Positions 9,329-17,346 of a stretch of 64,000 bases of DNA are shown here, piece by piece. The stretch is taken from assembly GCA_964291625.2 (NCBI GenBank), contig OZ220089.1:4128001-4192000 (forward strand), read 5' to 3'. The translations under genes were made by a program, and so were the position numbers. This DNA comes from Candidatus Latescibacterota bacterium. Its GTDB lineage: Bacteria; Latescibacterota; UBA2968; UBA8231. Position 1 is the first letter of the stretch; the number at the start of each line of letters is the position of its first letter. The notes under the pieces are model-generated. The model was not told the origin of the DNA. It saw nothing but the letters and a program-made list of their open reading frames with translations, and searched no databases.

Positions 9329-9853
9329 GTGCCGGTGGCGCTCATGGCCGCCCTCACCGCCGTGGGCGCGCAGTTGCGCATCCCCCTGCCCCATGTCCCC
9401 ATCACCCTGCAGGCGGCCTTCGTCTGCCTGGCCGGGCTGCTGCTGGGGCCCTGGCGGGGGGCGGCCAGCCAGGCGGTCTATCTCACGGCGGGGCTGGTGG
9501 GGCTGCCCGTGTTCGCGGGCGGCGGAGGGCTGCACTACCTGCTCAAGCCCTCCGCCGGGTACCTGCTGGGGTTCGCGCCCGGCGCCTGGTTGGCGGGGCG
9601 GCTGGCAGGCGGCGCCCGGGGAGTCACCTTCCGACGGGCCCTGGCCGCGACCTGTGCCGGGATGGCGGCCATCTATGCCGCCGGGGTGCTGGGGCTCTAC
9701 CTCAACCTGCGTTTCATGGCGGCCAGTCCGGCGGCGGCCGACCTCGCCCTGGAACTCGGCCTGGCGCCCCTGCCGAAGGACCTGCTCGTGGGACTCCTCG
9801 TCGCCTGGTTGGGGGTCCGTCTGAGGCCGGTGGCGGGGTCGCCGCCGGGCTGA
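9329..9853 (+). CDS. bioY: Biotin transporter BioY (start uncertain)
   Basis: VPITLQ, YLTAGLVGLPVFAGG, PSAGYLLGF, KD motif near the C-terminus. Confidence 0.88.
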   Translation: MPVALMAALTAVGAQLRIPLPHVPITLQAAFVCLAGLLLGPWRGAASQAVYLTAGLVGLPVFAGGGGLHYLLKPSAGYLLGFAPGAWLAGRLAGGARGVTFRRALAATCAGMAAIYAAGVLGLYLNLRFMAASPAAADLALELGLAPLPKDLLVGLLVAWLGVRLRPVAGSPPG

Positions 9854-9854
9854 T

Positions 9855-11195
9855 TCAGAAGATGTTGCGGTACTTGAAGGTGGTGAAGAGCTGTTCCTCC
9901 GAGACGCCGAGGTCGGCGCGCACGACGAAGTCCTCGTTCCAGTAGGTGCGCAGCCCCCAGCCGATGCTCAGGTGGGTGTCGAGGGGATGGAGGTCGGAGA
10001 ATCCGGGGGCCACCTGTCCACTGTCGGCGAAGAGGATGGCCAGCAGGTCGAGGTGCTGCTTGAAGAGGGTCCGGCTCCCCAGGTAGTAGCGCGCCTCCGT
10101 GTTGGTGAGGGCGCGCACGTTGTCGGTGAAGCGCTGCCGGTCGAAGCCACGCAAGTTGTCGGATCCTCCGAGGCCCTTGATCCTGCGGCTGCCGCCGATC
10201 TCGCCGTAGGCGTACAGGGGCACGGTCCCCTTCAGGGCTTCCACGATGGTGCGATGGGCGATGTTCAGCCGCCGCGAGACGGGGTAGTAGCGGGCGTCGG
10301 TGAAGGTGTAGCGCTGGAAGTCGATCTGCTCGAAGAGCAGGCTCAGGAGGGAGTTGCGGGAGGTCTCGTAGCTCCACTCCTGGAACAGGCCCCGGCGCGG
10401 GATCGAGGGGTCGTCCCGGGTGTCCCACCGCAGGCTGAGGCCCACGAACCCCGTGATGCCGTCCACCACACCGTCCGGGGTCCCGGCGTCGATGTAGTAG
10501 GAGCGCTCTCCCCGGCCGTCGACGTCGGTCCGCTCGAGGCCGAGACCCAGGGAAACGGTCATCGGACCGTAGAGGTGACCGAGGAGGTTGACGATCACCC
10601 GCGGCGCCTCCAGGACATAGTGGTAGTAGTCCTCGTCGATGAAGTCGGGGTGGTCCGATTGGGTGAGCCCCTCGTTGTTCTCGCTGTCGTTGGACAGGCC
10701 GTAGTATCTGGCCCGGATGTCGCGCTTGTTGCTCGCCGTCAGGATGAGGCCGAAGCCGGTCCCTGCCATGTGCGGCAACCTGAAGCGCAGGTAGCTGACC
10801 CGCTTGCCACGGGTCGACTTCATCCAGTGGAGGCTGAGCTTGTAGCGGTACGGACGCCGGTGGTAGTCGGCGATCTGCAGGCGTCCCCCGTAGTTCCAGC
10901 CGGTTCCCGGGCTGTAGTAGACGATCGGCAGGCCCGTGAAACCGTAGGGCGTGCCCCGGAGCACGAACTGCCGTCGTTTGGCCAGCCAGCGCACGGCGTC
11001 CACGGTCTGTTCCCCGGCCGCGAGCGGATCGGCCACCACCGCCGCCCCGCTCAGGAGGCTGTTCAGCCCGCCCTCGCGGACCGAGTCCGCGGGCGCCCCC
11101 CGTACCCCGGTGGTGTCCGCGGCGAACGGTTCGGCCGCGGCCCCGGCGACGCACGCCACGCCGGCCGCCAGGGAGATCCACACCCGGTTCAGCAT
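9855..11195 (-). CDS. Omp85/BamA-TamA family outer-membrane barrel without POTRA domains
   Basis: Signal peptide, LPIVYYSPGTGW first strand, DTRD..PRRG, LRGF loop motif, C-terminal Phe. Confidence 0.8.
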   Translation of the reverse strand: MLNRVWISLAAGVACVAGAAAEPFAADTTGVRGAPADSVREGGLNSLLSGAAVVADPLAAGEQTVDAVRWLAKRRQFVLRGTPYGFTGLPIVYYSPGTGWNYGGRLQIADYHRRPYRYKLSLHWMKSTRGKRVSYLRFRLPHMAGTGFGLILTASNKRDIRARYYGLSNDSENNEGLTQSDHPDFIDEDYYHYVLEAPRVIVNLLGHLYGPMTVSLGLGLERTDVDGRGERSYYIDAGTPDGVVDGITGFVGLSLRWDTRDDPSIPRRGLFQEWSYETSRNSLLSLLFEQIDFQRYTFTDARYYPVSRRLNIAHRTIVEALKGTVPLYAYGEIGGSRRIKGLGGSDNLRGFDRQRFTDNVRALTNTEARYYLGSRTLFKQHLDLLAILFADSGQVAPGFSDLHPLDTHLSIGWGLRTYWNEDFVVRADLGVSEEQLFTTFKYRNIF

Positions 11196-12040
11196 CTCGA
11201 GGGACGCTCGAAGCGCGACCGATCCCCCGGTGAAGCGCTGATGTCCAGTCCCAGGCCCAGGGGCGTGATCGAGACCCATCCCTTCTCCAGGACGTCCAGG
11301 TCCCCTTCCTCCATCTCGCGGAGCCGCCGCAGGCCGGAGGAGACATGCTCCAGGCGGCCGTCACCGTCGCCGCGGAAGAACCGCCCGTAGGCGCTCGGCG
11401 CGACCCGGGTCAGCACCCGGCGGGTGCCCGGACCCGCCCCGGGTGGAAGGTTCACCGAGAGCAGCCGGGCTCCCTCGGGGAGCCCCCCTCGAAGGACCTC
11501 GGACGTGATCTCGCGGGCCACGGCGGCCGCCTGCTCCCAGGCGCCGGGGGGCAGGGAGTCGCGCCGGTCGCGGCGCCAGCGAGCGTAGTCGTCGGCGCGC
11601 AGCTGCAGCGAGAAGGCCACGGCGGGAACGCCGCTGAGGGCGGCCTCGACGGCGGCGCCGACCGTGCCCGAACTGAGGAGAAAGGCGAGGCCGGCATTGG
11701 CGCCGATGTTGATCCCGGAGACCGCGAGGAGGGGCGGCGTCTCGGCCAGATTGTGGACTCCCGCATTGGCGCAGTCGGCGGGGGAGCCGTCGAGAGTGTG
11801 CAGCGTCCGGTCCCCGGCCCTCACCCGGCGGAGCCTCAGGCGGCCGAAGCGGGTCAGCGTCTTGGACGACCAGCTGCACTCGCGGTCCGGGACCACGGCG
11901 CGCGCCGGGCCCAGGCTCTCGAGCGCGGCCAGCAGGGGGAGCAGCGCCGGGGAGTCGACGCCGTCGTCGTTGGTGACCAGGATCCACGGGTCGTCCCCGC
12001 GGGCACGGTCCTCCCCGGGCCGGGGAAGGCTGTCTCTCAC
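11189..12040 (-). CDS. surE: 5'/3'-nucleotidase SurE
   Basis: ILVTNDDG, DGSPADC, SGINIGAN, SGTVGAA, VSITPL. Confidence 0.95.
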   Translation of the reverse strand: MRDSLPRPGEDRARGDDPWILVTNDDGVDSPALLPLLAALESLGPARAVVPDRECSWSSKTLTRFGRLRLRRVRAGDRTLHTLDGSPADCANAGVHNLAETPPLLAVSGINIGANAGLAFLLSSGTVGAAVEAALSGVPAVAFSLQLRADDYARWRRDRRDSLPPGAWEQAAAVAREITSEVLRGGLPEGARLLSVNLPPGAGPGTRRVLTRVAPSAYGRFFRGDGDGRLEHVSSGLRRLREMEEGDLDVLEKGWVSITPLGLGLDISASPGDRSRFERPSRC

Positions 12041-12096
12041 AGTGGCTCGATCGGCCGGCGCATTTCAGGTGACGTGACGGCCGTATATTACCGACC

Positions 12097-12378
12097 ATGC
12101 CCCTCCCTCACCAACCGGACGCCATCGAGGAGGCCCGCCTGTTGCAGGAACTGGAGGCGGTTGCCTCGCAGCTGTCGGTGGAGATTCGCCACGAGGATCT
12201 CGACGGCAGCCGCGGCGGCCTCTTCCGCCTGCGCGGACAGACCTGCATCCTCCTCGACCGGGAGCTGCCGCTGCGCGAGCGCGTCGACCTGATGGCCAGC
12301 GCCCTGGCCCGGCTGCCGCTCGACGACGTGTTCCTGCGCCCCGCGGTACGGGAGTACCTGGAAGGGCGGACCACCTGA
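12097..12378 (+). CDS. Conserved small hypothetical protein
   Basis: 93-aa ORF with typical codon usage; GGLFRLRG..FLRPAVRE pattern. Confidence 0.7.
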   Translation: MPLPHQPDAIEEARLLQELEAVASQLSVEIRHEDLDGSRGGLFRLRGQTCILLDRELPLRERVDLMASALARLPLDDVFLRPAVREYLEGRTT

Positions 12379-12513
12379 CCCTGTGCGGCGCTTCCGTGGT
12401 GGGGAGACGCTCGCCGACGCGGCCCCCGGGGCGGCGAGCGTCCAGATCACGCAAGAGCCTGCCGCTCAAGTGGTTGGCGGGGCCGGCCCCGGTTCCGGCG
12501 AGGCCCGGGTGCA

Positions 12514-12542
12514 TTGACAGAAACGGGGCTCACCCCTATTCT
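12514..12542 (+). promoter_or_regulatory. Sigma70 promoter of rpmI-rplT-pheST
   Basis: TTGACA (12514-12519), 17 nt, TATTCT (12537-12542). Confidence 0.75.
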
Positions 12543-12590
12543 CCTCTGGCTGACCACCAGGGTCCCCTCAAGAGGGCCAGGATCTCCGTC

Positions 12591-12785
12591 ATGCCAAAGA
12601 TCAAGACTCACAAGTCCACGGCGAAGCGCATCAAGAAGCGCGGGAACGGTCTCAAGCGCCGGAGGGCCTTCGGCGACCACTTCCTGGGCAAGCGCTCCAC
12701 CAAGCGCAAACGCGCCCTGCGGAAGAACGAGAGCGTGTCACCGGCCAATCTCGACAACGTGCGGCGCTCGCTGGGTCTGAAGTAG
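12591..12785 (+). CDS. rpmI: 50S ribosomal protein L35
   Basis: [13 protein letters not shown]; 64-aa basic protein upstream of rplT. Confidence 0.96.
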   Translation: MPKIKTHKSTAKRIKKRGNGLKRRRAFGDHFLGKRSTKRKRALRKNESVSPANLDNVRRSLGLK

Positions 12786-12795
12786 GAGCCCGTCC

Positions 12796-13149
12796 ATGCC
12801 TCGTGCGCGCAACCGCGTCGCCTCCCGCCGGCGCCACAAGAAGGTCCTCAAGCAGGCCCGGGGGTACTTCGGCGGCCGCAGCCGCCTGTTCCGGACCGCC
12901 CGCGAGGCGGTCGACCGCGCCCAGGCCTACGCCTACCGGGACCGCCGCAACCGCAAGCGCGACATGCGGCGCCTGTGGATCACCCGGATCAACGCCGCCG
13001 CCCGGCTCCAGGGGTTGTCGTACAGCCGGCTGATCAGCGGGCTCGACCGCGCCCAGGTGAAGGTCAACCGCAAGGTGCTGGCCGACATCGCCGTGCGCGA
13101 TCCGGAGGCGTTTACGGCCATCGTCGATCAGGCGAAGGCCCATTTGTAA
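12796..13149 (+). CDS. rplT: 50S ribosomal protein L20
   Basis: [30 protein letters not shown]. Confidence 0.98.
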   Translation: MPRARNRVASRRRHKKVLKQARGYFGGRSRLFRTAREAVDRAQAYAYRDRRNRKRDMRRLWITRINAAARLQGLSYSRLISGLDRAQVKVNRKVLADIAVRDPEAFTAIVDQAKAHL

Positions 13150-13290
13150 GACCGGCGCCAGCCGGCGGACGGGGCCTTCGGGGCCCCGCCGGTCCCGACT
13201 TCCCCATCCCCTCACGACGAACCCCGGAGCGGACCGGTCTGCGGTCTCCGGTGTCGTCCCGCCGGGCGCCCACTCGAGGGATCAGGACCG

Positions 13291-14325
13291 ATGTTGAACG
13301 AGATCGAGGACATCCGACAGCAGGCCCTGCAGGCCGTCGACGCCGCGGAGGACCTGAAAGCCCTCGACGAGGTGAGGGTGAGGTTCACCGGACGCCGCAG
13401 CCGGTTGCGGCGGATCCTGGGCGGCATCGGCGACCTCCCCGGCGACCAGCGCCCCTCGGTGGGCCAGGCGGCCGGGAAGGCGCAGAGGCGGATCGCCGAC
13501 GCTCTCGAGGGGCGCCGGCTGGCCCTGGAGAGGGCGGCGGAGTCGGAGTCGGCCATCGACTTCACCCTCCCCGGACGGCCGCAGCGGCGCGGTCACACCC
13601 ATCCCCTGTCGGCCACCGCCGACGAGCTCGTCGACGCCCTGCGGCAGATGGGTTTCACCGTCGCCGACGGCCCGGAGGTTGAGGACGAGCATCACAACTT
13701 CGACGCCCTCAACACCCCCGCCGACCACCCGGCCCGCGACGAGCAGGACACCTTCTACCTCACCGACGGACGGCTCCTGCGCACCCATACCTCGACGGTG
13801 CAGATCCGGGTGATGGAACGTCAGCCGCCCCCGGTCCGGGTGCTGTCCGTGGGCCGCTGCTACCGCAGGGAGAGCGTCGACGCCACCCACCACATGGTCT
13901 TCCACCAGATCGAGGGTTTGTACGTCGACCGGGGGGTCTCCATGGCCGAGCTCAAGGGGACCCTGACCGCCCTCGGCCGGCGTGTCCTCGGCGGCGACAC
14001 CAGAATCCGCTTCCGGCCCCACTTCTTCCCTTTCACCGAGCCGAGCGTCGAGTACGACTTCTCCTGCACCCTCTGCGACGGCGGGGTAAACCCGGATGGG
14101 GGGCGGTGCCGGGTCTGCAGGGGCACTGGCTGGATCGAGATCGGCGGCGCCGGCATGGTCGACCCCGAGGTCTTCGCCGCCGTCGGCTACGATGCCGAGA
14201 AGTTCACGGGCTTCGCCTTCGGCTTCGGGATCGAGCGCGTGGCCATGATCCGCCACGGCATCGACGACATCCGGCTCTTCCTCGAGAGCGACCTCAGGTT
14301 CACGCGCCAGTTCGGGAGCGGCTGA
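13291..14325 (+). CDS. pheS: Phenylalanine--tRNA ligase alpha subunit
   Basis: NFDALN..HPARD..LLRTHTS, FHQIEG, FPFTEPS, GFAFGFGIER. Confidence 0.97.
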   Translation: MLNEIEDIRQQALQAVDAAEDLKALDEVRVRFTGRRSRLRRILGGIGDLPGDQRPSVGQAAGKAQRRIADALEGRRLALERAAESESAIDFTLPGRPQRRGHTHPLSATADELVDALRQMGFTVADGPEVEDEHHNFDALNTPADHPARDEQDTFYLTDGRLLRTHTSTVQIRVMERQPPPVRVLSVGRCYRRESVDATHHMVFHQIEGLYVDRGVSMAELKGTLTALGRRVLGGDTRIRFRPHFFPFTEPSVEYDFSCTLCDGGVNPDGGRCRVCRGTGWIEIGGAGMVDPEVFAAVGYDAEKFTGFAFGFGIERVAMIRHGIDDIRLFLESDLRFTRQFGSG

Positions 14326-14337
14326 GAGGCGGATGGG

Positions 14338-16740
14338 ATGAAGATCACCCTGAACTGGCTGCGCGAGTACGTGGACATCGACTCGCCGCCCGAAGAGCTG
14401 GTCCACCGCCTGACCATGGCCGGCCTGGAGGCCGAGAGCGTCGAGGATCTGGGCGGGCGCCTGTCGGGCATCGTCGTCGGACGGGTGCTGGAGCGCGGCC
14501 CCCACCCGAAGGCCGACCGCCTGTCCGTCTGCCGGGTGGACGTGGGGCGCCCGGAACCGGCGCGGATCGTCTGCGGCGCTGCCAACGTGGCCGCCGGCCA
14601 GAAGGTTCCCGTGGTGCTGCCCGGGTGCGCCCTGCCGGACGGCACCCGCATCGAGAGGGTCGAGCTCCGGGGCGTCCTCTCCGAGGGCATGATCTGCTCC
14701 GAGGCCGAGCTCGGCCTCGGGGAGGATGAAGAGGGCATCATGGTGCTGCCCGAGGACTGCCGCACCGGCTCGCCGATGGCGGAGGCGGCGGGCCTGGACG
14801 ACATCGTCGTGGACTTCGAGGTCACCCCGAACCGGCCCGACTGTCTCAGCGTGGCGGGGATCGCCCGCGAGGTCGCCGCCCTGACCGGCGCCCGGCTCCG
14901 CCTGCCGGTCGCGGAGCTGTGCGAGAGCGGCGAGCCGGCGGCCCCCTCCACCCGGGTGGAGATCGAGGACCCCGAGGGCTGTCCCCGCTACGTGGCCCGA
15001 GTCCTGCGCCAGGTCGCCGTCGGCCCCTCGCCCCGGTGGCTGCAGGATCGGTTGCGGGCCGTCGGCCAGCGCCCGGTGAACAACATCGTCGACGTGACGA
15101 ACTTCGTCATGCTCGAGCTCGGCCAGCCGCTCCACGCCTTCGACCTGCAGCGGCTGGAGGAAGGCCGCATCGTCGTCCGCGGGGCCCGCGCCGGCGAGAC
15201 CTTGCGGACCCTCGACGGCAAAGACCACCAACTCGACGCCTCGGCCCTCGTCATCGCCGACGCCAGCCGTCCCGTGGCCCTGGCCGGGGTCATGGGGGGC
15301 GCCGATTCGGAGGTCACCGAAGGGACCACGGAGGTGTTGCTCGAAGCCGCTCACTTCGACCCGCCGCGGGTGCGCAGCCTCTCCTCTCGCCTCGGCATCC
15401 GGACCGAGGCCTCCTTCCGCTTCGAGCGCGGCGTCGACTGGGACCTTCCGGCGGCGGCCAGCGCCCGCGCCGCCGCCCTGATGGCGGAGACCGCAGGCGC
15501 CCGGCCCGCCCCCGGATGCATCGATGCGATGCCCGCCGGCCTCCATCGGCGCAGCATCCGGCTGCGTCCGTCCAGGGCCGCCTCGCTGCTGGCCGTCGAC
15601 ATCGGCCCCGCCCGGTGCGGGCGGATCCTCGAGAGCCTGGGCTGCACGGTGAGCGAGGGAGGCGCGGGGGTCCTGCAAGTGGAGGCCCCGTCCTTCCGGC
15701 CCGACCTCGAGCGCGAGATCGACCTCGTGGAGGAGGTGGGCAGGATCCACGGGTATGAGGAAGTACCGGCCCGGAGCCAGCTGCGGGGTCCGTTCCCCGG
15801 CCCGGCGGGAGGGGGCTACGACGGCCAGCGCCGAGTCCGCCGGCTGCTCACGGCGGCGGGACTGGACGAGGCCGTCACCTCCAGCATCGTCGCCGACGAC
15901 TGGGCGGAACTGGGCGGGCCCGTCGTCTGCCGGCTCGCCAACCCTCCCGCCCAGGGTGTGTCCAGCCTGCGCACGAGCCTGTTGCCGGGGCTGCTCGACG
16001 TGGCCCGGAGAAACTTCCATCAGCGCGCCCCGGGCGTGGGGCTCTTCGAGATCGGACGGGTCTTCACCGCCGCCGACGGCGGCGGCCACCGCGAGACCCT
16101 GCGGGCGTGCGGTCTGCTCGCCGGCAGGGCCTCGGCCTCCACCTGGCGGGCCGAACAGCGGGAGGTGGATCTCCTCGACCTCAAGGGGGTGGTCGAGGGC
16201 CTCCTGCAGGGGATCGACGGGATCGGCTTCGAACCCGCGGAGGGCTCTCCCTGGCGCGCGGGGCATGGGGCCCGCATCCGCCTCGGTGACCACATCCTGG
16301 GGGCCTTGGGGCAGGTCGACCCCGCCATCGGGGCCGGCTTTGATCTCGATCGGCACACCTATATCTTTGAACTTGAGCTTTCACAGCTCTTCGACGCCTG
16401 GGCGCAGCGGTCCTCCGCCTTCCGCCCGCTCCCCAGGTTCCCCGCGGTCGAACGCGACTTGGCGGTGGTCCTCGACGAGGGCGTTCCCGCCGGGCAGGTG
16501 GCGGCCGCGATCCGGGCGGCGGCCCCCGATCTCGTGGAGCGTGTCGACCTGTTCGACGTCTACAAGGGGGACCAGGTCGAGGCGGGCAAGCGGAGCCTCG
16601 CCTTCTCCCTGCGGCTGAGATCGGCGGAACGGACACTCGAGGACGGCGATGCCGACAAGGTCCTGGAAGACGCCCTCGAACGTCTGCGGGGGGCTTTCGG
16701 GGCACGACTGAGACAGACAGGGACACAGGGGAGACCATGA
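14338..16740 (+). CDS. pheT: Phenylalanine--tRNA ligase beta subunit
   Basis: HPKADRL, IVCGAAN, TPNRPD, RFERGVD, DLVEEVGR, C-terminal anticodon-binding domain. Confidence 0.97.
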   Translation: MKITLNWLREYVDIDSPPEELVHRLTMAGLEAESVEDLGGRLSGIVVGRVLERGPHPKADRLSVCRVDVGRPEPARIVCGAANVAAGQKVPVVLPGCALPDGTRIERVELRGVLSEGMICSEAELGLGEDEEGIMVLPEDCRTGSPMAEAAGLDDIVVDFEVTPNRPDCLSVAGIAREVAALTGARLRLPVAELCESGEPAAPSTRVEIEDPEGCPRYVARVLRQVAVGPSPRWLQDRLRAVGQRPVNNIVDVTNFVMLELGQPLHAFDLQRLEEGRIVVRGARAGETLRTLDGKDHQLDASALVIADASRPVALAGVMGGADSEVTEGTTEVLLEAAHFDPPRVRSLSSRLGIRTEASFRFERGVDWDLPAAASARAAALMAETAGARPAPGCIDAMPAGLHRRSIRLRPSRAASLLAVDIGPARCGRILESLGCTVSEGGAGVLQVEAPSFRPDLEREIDLVEEVGRIHGYEEVPARSQLRGPFPGPAGGGYDGQRRVRRLLTAAGLDEAVTSSIVADDWAELGGPVVCRLANPPAQGVSSLRTSLLPGLLDVARRNFHQRAPGVGLFEIGRVFTAADGGGHRETLRACGLLAGRASASTWRAEQREVDLLDLKGVVEGLLQGIDGIGFEPAEGSPWRAGHGARIRLGDHILGALGQVDPAIGAGFDLDRHTYIFELELSQLFDAWAQRSSAFRPLPRFPAVERDLAVVLDEGVPAGQVAAAIRAAAPDLVERVDLFDVYKGDQVEAGKRSLAFSLRLRSAERTLEDGDADKVLEDALERLRGAFGARLRQTGTQGRP

Positions 16741-16991
16741 CCGAGCACGTGGACGGCAATTTCCAGCGCCTGGAGGATGAGGTGAACCGCCTCCTGGAGG
16801 TACTCGAGCAGTTCCGTACCGAGAACGCGACCTTGCGCGGGCAGGCCGCCGAGGCCCGGCAACAGATCGAAGGGTTGCAGACCCGCCTGAGCGAGGCGGA
16901 GGAGGAGCAGCGCCAGTCGACGGAGCGCAACCGGCAGGCGAAGGAACGCCTCGAATGCCTGTTGTCCCGCCTCGAGGCCGTGGATTCCTGA
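16737..16991 (+). CDS. Coiled-coil protein, ZapB-like
   Basis: 84-aa heptad-rich helix between pheT and zapA; ATGA overlap with pheT. Confidence 0.7.
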   Translation: MTEHVDGNFQRLEDEVNRLLEVLEQFRTENATLRGQAAEARQQIEGLQTRLSEAEEEQRQSTERNRQAKERLECLLSRLEAVDS

Positions 16992-16998
16992 GACCGCG

Positions 16999-17346
16999 AT
17001 GGCGCCCGCCGTCCGCACGATCAAGGTCGCCATCCTGGGCCGTCAGTACACCTTCGCCTCCCGGGGCGAGGAGACGGATCTCCACATCCAGAAGGTGGCC
17101 GAGCTCGTGGACGCCAAGATGCGCGAGGTCCAGTACGACGGCAGCACGCCGATCCAGACGGCGGTGCTGGCCGGCCTCGAGCTGATCGACGAGCTGCTGC
17201 ACCTGCAGGACGAGGTCTCCAACGTGGAGGCCGACCTCTCCGAGCGCACCCACCGCCTCACCGAGTCCCTCGGACGCATCTTCCGCGACGCCGAGGAGGT
17301 GACGCCGCGAGACTCCGGCGTCTCCACCTCCGGCAGCGAGGATTGA
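16999..17346 (+). CDS. zapA: Cell division protein ZapA
   Basis: IKVAILGRQY..VAELVDAKMRE..AVLAGLE; conserved position before rny. Confidence 0.85.
   Translation: MAPAVRTIKVAILGRQYTFASRGEETDLHIQKVAELVDAKMREVQYDGSTPIQTAVLAGLELIDELLHLQDEVSNVEADLSERTHRLTESLGRIFRDAEEVTPRDSGVSTSGSED

Noticed and set aside
13150-13290. T-box or PheM-type attenuator before pheS
   Set aside because: No T-box consensus, no Phe-rich leader peptide, no U-tract terminator
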